From contig OZ024743.1 in the NCBI GenBank assembly GCA_964016885.1, forward strand, positions 340,566,001-340,630,000: DNA of 64,000 nt. Direction: 5' to 3'. Position 1 is the first letter of the stretch. Every line of letters begins with the position of its first letter. Under the pieces are notes generated by a model, which saw only the letters and a program-made list of their open reading frames with translations, had not been told where the DNA came from and made no database searches. This document shows positions 58,848-64,000 of this stretch, one piece after another. This DNA is from Eledone cirrhosa (lineage: Eukaryota). A program made the translations under genes and the position numbers.

Positions 58848-60703
58848 AAGAGGGTGTTAAAGTTTGCTTGAAGCATTGTGAAATGTGTAAAATACGTAGT
58901 TAAGAAAGCCACAACAATGCAGAGGGAAATCTCGAGGTAGGAAGTGAAAGATAGATAGGAAAAAACAGGTGAAAGTGAAAATTGAGAGAGACAAAGATGA
59001 AAACAAAACAAAGGTAGAAGGGTTACTGTAGTGGAGATTTAATCCCAATATTTCGGGCTCACGCCCATCAACGGGGGAAAGTTCCAAAAGGGGGGGAACA
59101 GGCCAAGCGGAGAAAGTTGTGATGTCGTTAAGACAGGAATGCCGTTATGGGGAGAAAATTATTTAAAATTTAAACGAGGGAAAGAATGCGCGTGCGCGTG
59201 ATAGGCTGTGGCAAAAGCTACTGACCAAATGGGTTAAATCAAGAGGGTGCGCTAGCGTGTGAAAGCCGTAAGATATGTGTGTGTAAATATATATGTGTGT
59301 GTAACTGTGTGTGTATAAGTGTAAGTGTGTATATGTGTGAGTGTGTGTGTGTGTGTGAAAGATAGTGGGCTGTAGAAGCTGGAAATCAAAGGGTGTGAAA
59401 GGTGGTAGGTTGTAAAACATGTGTGCGTGTATAAATATAGATGTGTGTGTGTAAGCGTATGGGTATACATGTGTGTGTAACTGTGTGTGTATATGTGTGA
59501 GTGCGTTTGTGTGTGAAAGATAGTGGGCTGTAGAAGCTGGAAATCAAAGGGTGTGAAAGGTGGTAGGTTGTAAAAACATGTGTGCGTGTATAAATATAGA
59601 TGTGTGTGTGTATGCGTATGGGTATGCATATACGTGCGTGTGTGTGAAGATAGCAGGCCGTAGGCTGTGAATGGTCACTATGGTTAAGTTAGCCATGTCA
59701 GCTCATATCTCTCAGCCCGGTTGTTAAGTGGGGGTCTGAGGTTCTTAATAACAAGTGCTTCCTTTATCCTTAAGGATCCGATGCTGCGTTTAGTCGCTAG
59801 GACTGTGACCAAGGGTCTACCCTGTGGGTTTCCGCATTTAAGGATGTGTTTACGGAAGGAAGATGCGTTGGTGTTGATATGTTCCTTGATACGAACATGT
59901 AGGGGTCGGATGGTGCTACCTATGTAAAACTTGTTACATTTATCGCATTGAATCTTATATACGACATAGGTGCATAGGCAATCTGCCCCCCGTATCGGGC
60001 AGTTGCTGAGGGAACACGTCCCATCTGACTCGTCGGGTTTGTTGGAGAGGCATCTTCGCAGCGAAGGTCCTGTGTGGGCCAAATGTATGTCAAGTCCCTC
60101 CGTCCGTATGGCCCTGCGGATGGCGTTCGTGGTATATTCACTCAGGTGGGGGATTTTAAAGAAGCACCTGCTATTATTTAATTTTCTAGTGGGTGTCTGT
60201 ATATTGGGTCTGGGGTCTCTAATTCCGTTAATCAGTCGCTTGGGATAACCATTAGATTTGAGTAGATTACGGAATTGCGTGGTATGGGTGAGACCACCCA
60301 TCGGGTCGCTGCATCTGTTAGTGATCCGTGTCAGTTCATTTAGGACATAGCCTCTCTTAGCGTTGTTGGGGAGGGCTGAGTTATAATGCACAAATAAGTC
60401 CTTGCACGCTGCTTTGCGGTAGAAGGTGGTGTTTATGTCTCCTTCTTCCGAGATGTTGATACGGAAGTCGAGGAGGGCGAGTGACCCGTCTTCTCCTGGG
60501 TGTTCGATGGTGAAATCGACGTGATGGTCAGTATCGTTGAAGATTTGGTGAATTTCATTCGCCATCTCCCGGGAAGAAGTAAGTATCAGGATGTCATCAA
60601 CGTATCTGGAGTAGAAGGCGACGGCGTTGGGTTGGCAGGTATTGAGTGCCTTGCGTTCCAGGTGGTCCATGTACGAGATCGCAAGTATGCCGGACGAACA
60701 CAT
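58845..60703 (-). mobile_element. 5'-truncated PLE (Penelope/Poseidon-like) with uninterrupted RT C-half plus GIY-YIG
   Basis: ORF 59684-60703: RYVDD, FTIEH, LLDF, NGYP, VVY...YIGST, IKEH; degenerate hammerhead 59043-59078. Confidence 0.92.
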
Positions 60704-60989
60704 GTCTCATTAAAAAGTTAACCTTGCTCCAACATTTCCTCTGCGCTTCTCATGTAGCATAAATCGATATAGACTCTTATTGGTTTTATTTAGTATGCTA
60801 ATCTTAATTCAACGCACCACAGCTTAGGCTGCTATGCACAAAAAGATGCTACTCAGTGTGTGTCTCTTGTGCATAGTAAGATTCACTTGCGCACAATAAA
60901 ATGCTTCTGCTCTTATGTCCATGAGCATTTAGTGGGTGGAATCTAGACTTGAACTGCTGAGGGCTTGACAAATCTCCAAATGATCTCGG

Positions 60990-61180
60990 ATGGTGGATTG
61001 GCAGTATCAGTAGAAGGTCGGACGCCATGCTTTGCGCCATAGAGTTACGTCCCTTTACGGTCTGAGTTAAAATACCTCGGGGTTAACATTCCCTTTCATC
61101 CTTACGGGGTCAATAAAATAAAGTACCAGTAATGCACTGGAAGAATTACTGGCCTTGTGCCACAAGTAGAAACAAATTAT
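60990..61180 (+). mobile_element. tRNA-derived SINE
   Basis: Homologous to 15998-16190. Confidence 0.85.
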
Positions 61181-62231
61181 TAAATATTAAATGGGAGGAC
61201 AATTGCACAACATATATAGGACGCTAGGCAACCACACAACAGCATTTAAGCTTTAACAAGGCGTAGTAGTAATGGCCAACGGCACTTGAAGGTTAAATAT
61301 GGAATTACTGTAACAGCACATTGTGGCAGTTCCAGCAAGTATTGACATTCACCAGTCATAAGACAAATATAACTGCATTACTCTTGAATGCTGAAAGCTC
61401 ATGACACTACATATCACCAAATCGAACAATACAAGATTGTCAAAATCAGTTCAAATTGAGATTCTACATCTGCCAGGGGTACATATACTTCTCGAACGTC
61501 GAAGATATAAAAACTCAACAACAACAACAACACACCCAGACACAAAAATACAGGACATGACACCATGCAAAGCCAAACAACAATTGTTTGTCAAAACTAG
61601 ATAGACTTCATATATCAGACCTGTCAAAGCCTCAATATAGCCCTAAAATGATGAAAATATAAAACAACTAAAACATGAACACCGCACTGTTGTACAACAT
61701 ACAACATACTTCAAATGCCAAGAAGTTACACTATATATATATAATTACGGCTATACTATGCATTATGCTTGGTTCCCAAAATCTGCGTACACCTGATAAA
61801 TAACTGATCTCATCTTTTTCCTCATATCTGTATGAATTGAATCAGAAAAGAGTTGTGATTTATGACATTTTGTAGCCGTATTTGGCTGCTAGTTATTGCG
61901 ATTCTAAATATAGGCATTTATTAATTGTGTGTATACCTCTAATGTTGTAATTATTAGTTGTGTGTTCGTGTGTGTGTTTCCGTGGGTGTGTGATTGTAAC
62001 ATAGTTGCTAAGAGGGAATAAGTTGAAGGCTCTCACTCTCTCCCTCAAACCCATGCACACACGCACACGCTCACACACACACACACGCACGCACACACAC
62101 ACACACACACATATATATACACATATACACATATATACATATATACATATATTCATGTCTACATTCACATATACACACATAATGTGCGTTTACTATATAC
62201 ATATATATATGTGTGTATGTATATATATAGG

Positions 62232-62448
62232 AATCGATCGACTTTCGTCAAACCGGACCGAGGAAACAATGTTTCCATTGGTCTTTCCAATTGCTAATAC
62301 TGTCTATCGGTCGCAACTCCAGGTAGACGGAGCAACGTGAAATAGAGTGTCTTGCTCAAGGACATAACGCATCGCCCGGTTCGGGAATCGAACTCACAAC
62401 CTCACGATTGTGAATCCAATTCTATAACCACTCAGCCACGCGCCTCCA
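62232..62448 (-). mobile_element. Second tRNA-derived SINE family
   Basis: A box TGGCTGAGTGG, B box GTTCGATTCC, core GTCCTTGAGCAAGACACT; fragment also at ~13550-13590. Confidence 0.8.
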
Positions 62449-62459
62449 CATATATATAC

Positions 62460-63857
62460 CTGGGGTTCTGTAACGGGGCACTGGAGAAAGGAGTTGCCCC
62501 GAATCAGTGGAGGATCAGTAACATCGTCCCAGTGCCAAAGAAGGGAGATCTCTCTAACACCAACAACTACCGGGGGATCTCACTGACGTCACTTGTGGCA
62601 AAGACCCTCAACAGGATGATTCTTAACAGGATCCAGCCTGAGATGGAGAAGAAGCTCAGGGACAACCAGAACGGCTTCAGAGAGGGTAGATCAACCACCA
62701 GTCACATCCTGATGCTGAGGAGGATATTAGAGGGAGCTAGAGCAAAGTGCCTTCCTGCGGTCATGGTTTTCATTGACTTTAGGAAGGCCTTTGATTCTGT
62801 GGACCGTTACTGCCTGATGAAGATCTTACAGGCTTATGGAATCCCCAAGAGGATAGTGGACCTGATATCACTGCTCTACACCAACACCAAAGCCCAAGTC
62901 ATTACACCTGATGGGATGACAGAGTTCTTTGAGATACTGGCTGGAGTGCTCCAGGGAGATACATTGGCTCCCTACCTTTTTATCATCGTAGTGGACTATT
63001 GTATGCGCCTTGCACTGGAGAAACACCAGGACTCTGGCTTTACTGTAGCACCGGCTCAGAGCAGGAGAGTTGGGGCGAAAAAGGTATCGGATGCTGAATT
63101 TGCCGACGACATAGTTTTGGTGACAAATACAGTGAAGGAGGCAGAGGATTTGATGCGGGAGGTTGAGTCTGTGTCGATGAGTGTGGGGCTGAGAATGAAT
63201 GAGACTAAAACAAAATATCTGGTAGAGAATGTTGAGAAGCCAGAGGGGATCACTAATGTAGGCGGGAAGCCGCTGGAATTGGTTGAGGACTTCCTGTATT
63301 TGGGAGCAAAGATTGGGAATACGGAAGATGATGTGGTTGAGAGGAAGAGCAAGGCCTGGGCGGCGTGTCACAGCTTGAGATCGGTGTGGAAGTCGGACCT
63401 TCGTAGAGACCTGAAAATCCGCCTCTTCATTGCTGTAGTGGAGTCTGTGCTGCTGTATGGGTCTGAGACTTGGACACTGACCAAGAGACTCACTCAGATG
63501 GTGGATGGGTGCTACACGAGAATGCTGAGGAGGGCTCTGAACATTAATCAGTATACACTGAGGATGAAAAACTCAGAGCTGTATGGGAGCATCCCAAAAG
63601 TCAGCTCAAAAGTGACACAGAGGAGACTGAGGTTGGCTGGACATGCTCACCGACATCCAGAGTTGACATTGCACTCAGTGCTCCTTTGGGAGCCCCTACA
63701 TGGACACACTAGAAGAGGAAGACCAAGGTTAACATATGTTGATGCCCTAAGGACAGACACTGGTCTGTTGGAGATGCAGGATATGGCAGCGATAATGAGG
63801 GACAGAGACCGCTGGAGAGAACTCGTCCATGGATCTCGGGAATTTTACCCGCCTTAG
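62460..63857 (+). CDS. RTE-clade reverse transcriptase, 5'-truncated but uninterrupted
   Basis: PVPKKGD, NYRGISL, QNGFR, FIDFRKAFDS, GVLQGD, FADD, FLYLG, LLYGSETW; stop codon abuts (TA)n. Confidence 0.93.
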   Translation: MGFCNGALEKGVAPNQWRISNIVPVPKKGDLSNTNNYRGISLTSLVAKTLNRMILNRIQPEMEKKLRDNQNGFREGRSTTSHILMLRRILEGARAKCLPAVMVFIDFRKAFDSVDRYCLMKILQAYGIPKRIVDLISLLYTNTKAQVITPDGMTEFFEILAGVLQGDTLAPYLFIIVVDYCMRLALEKHQDSGFTVAPAQSRRVGAKKVSDAEFADDIVLVTNTVKEAEDLMREVESVSMSVGLRMNETKTKYLVENVEKPEGITNVGGKPLELVEDFLYLGAKIGNTEDDVVERKSKAWAACHSLRSVWKSDLRRDLKIRLFIAVVESVLLYGSETWTLTKRLTQMVDGCYTRMLRRALNINQYTLRMKNSELYGSIPKVSSKVTQRRLRLAGHAHRHPELTLHSVLLWEPLHGHTRRGRPRLTYVDALRTDTGLLEMQDMAAIMRDRDRWRELVHGSREFYPP

Positions 63858-63916
<59 letters not shown>

Positions 63917-63957
63917 CTGATGTTATTCTGAGAATATATATATATATAGTAAAAAAG

Positions 63958-64000
<43 letters not shown>

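Noticed and set aside
62375-62448. tRNA gene
   Set aside because: tRNA-like head of a SINE; no complete cloverleaf
62352-62459. N-terminal extension of the RTE ORF
   Set aside because: Chance open frame through the antisense SINE and TA junction

Overview
AT-rich eukaryotic DNA, intergenic or intronic, with many microsatellites; the tRNA-derived SINE family suggests an octopod cephalopod (inference). No host gene is recognisable apart from one candidate 54-nt exon. The window is almost entirely nested mobile elements. These are: many Penelope-like elements (PLEs, RT plus GIY-YIG) of at least three lineages; a decayed RepHel Helitron plus non-autonomous Helitrons; two young RTE copies; two Tx1/L1-like fragments; one R4/Dong-like element in (CATA)n; and about ten SINEs. 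The main pattern is that about 14 PLE or PLE-mobilised insertions share one architecture. Two 5'-truncated copies are joined head-to-head as an inverted repeat, with 3' ends usually in (TA)n. Where both ends can be compared, one arm carries an extra ~40-140 nt tail, and in several cases the second arm appears to be only that tail. Most carry hammerhead ribozymes, several with recurrent non-canonical cores (CAGANGA, CCGANGA, UUGAAAA). Non-coding tandem units of ~436 and ~616-620 nt look like retrozymes using this machinery. All alignments and folds were done by eye; coordinates are approximate to a few nt.
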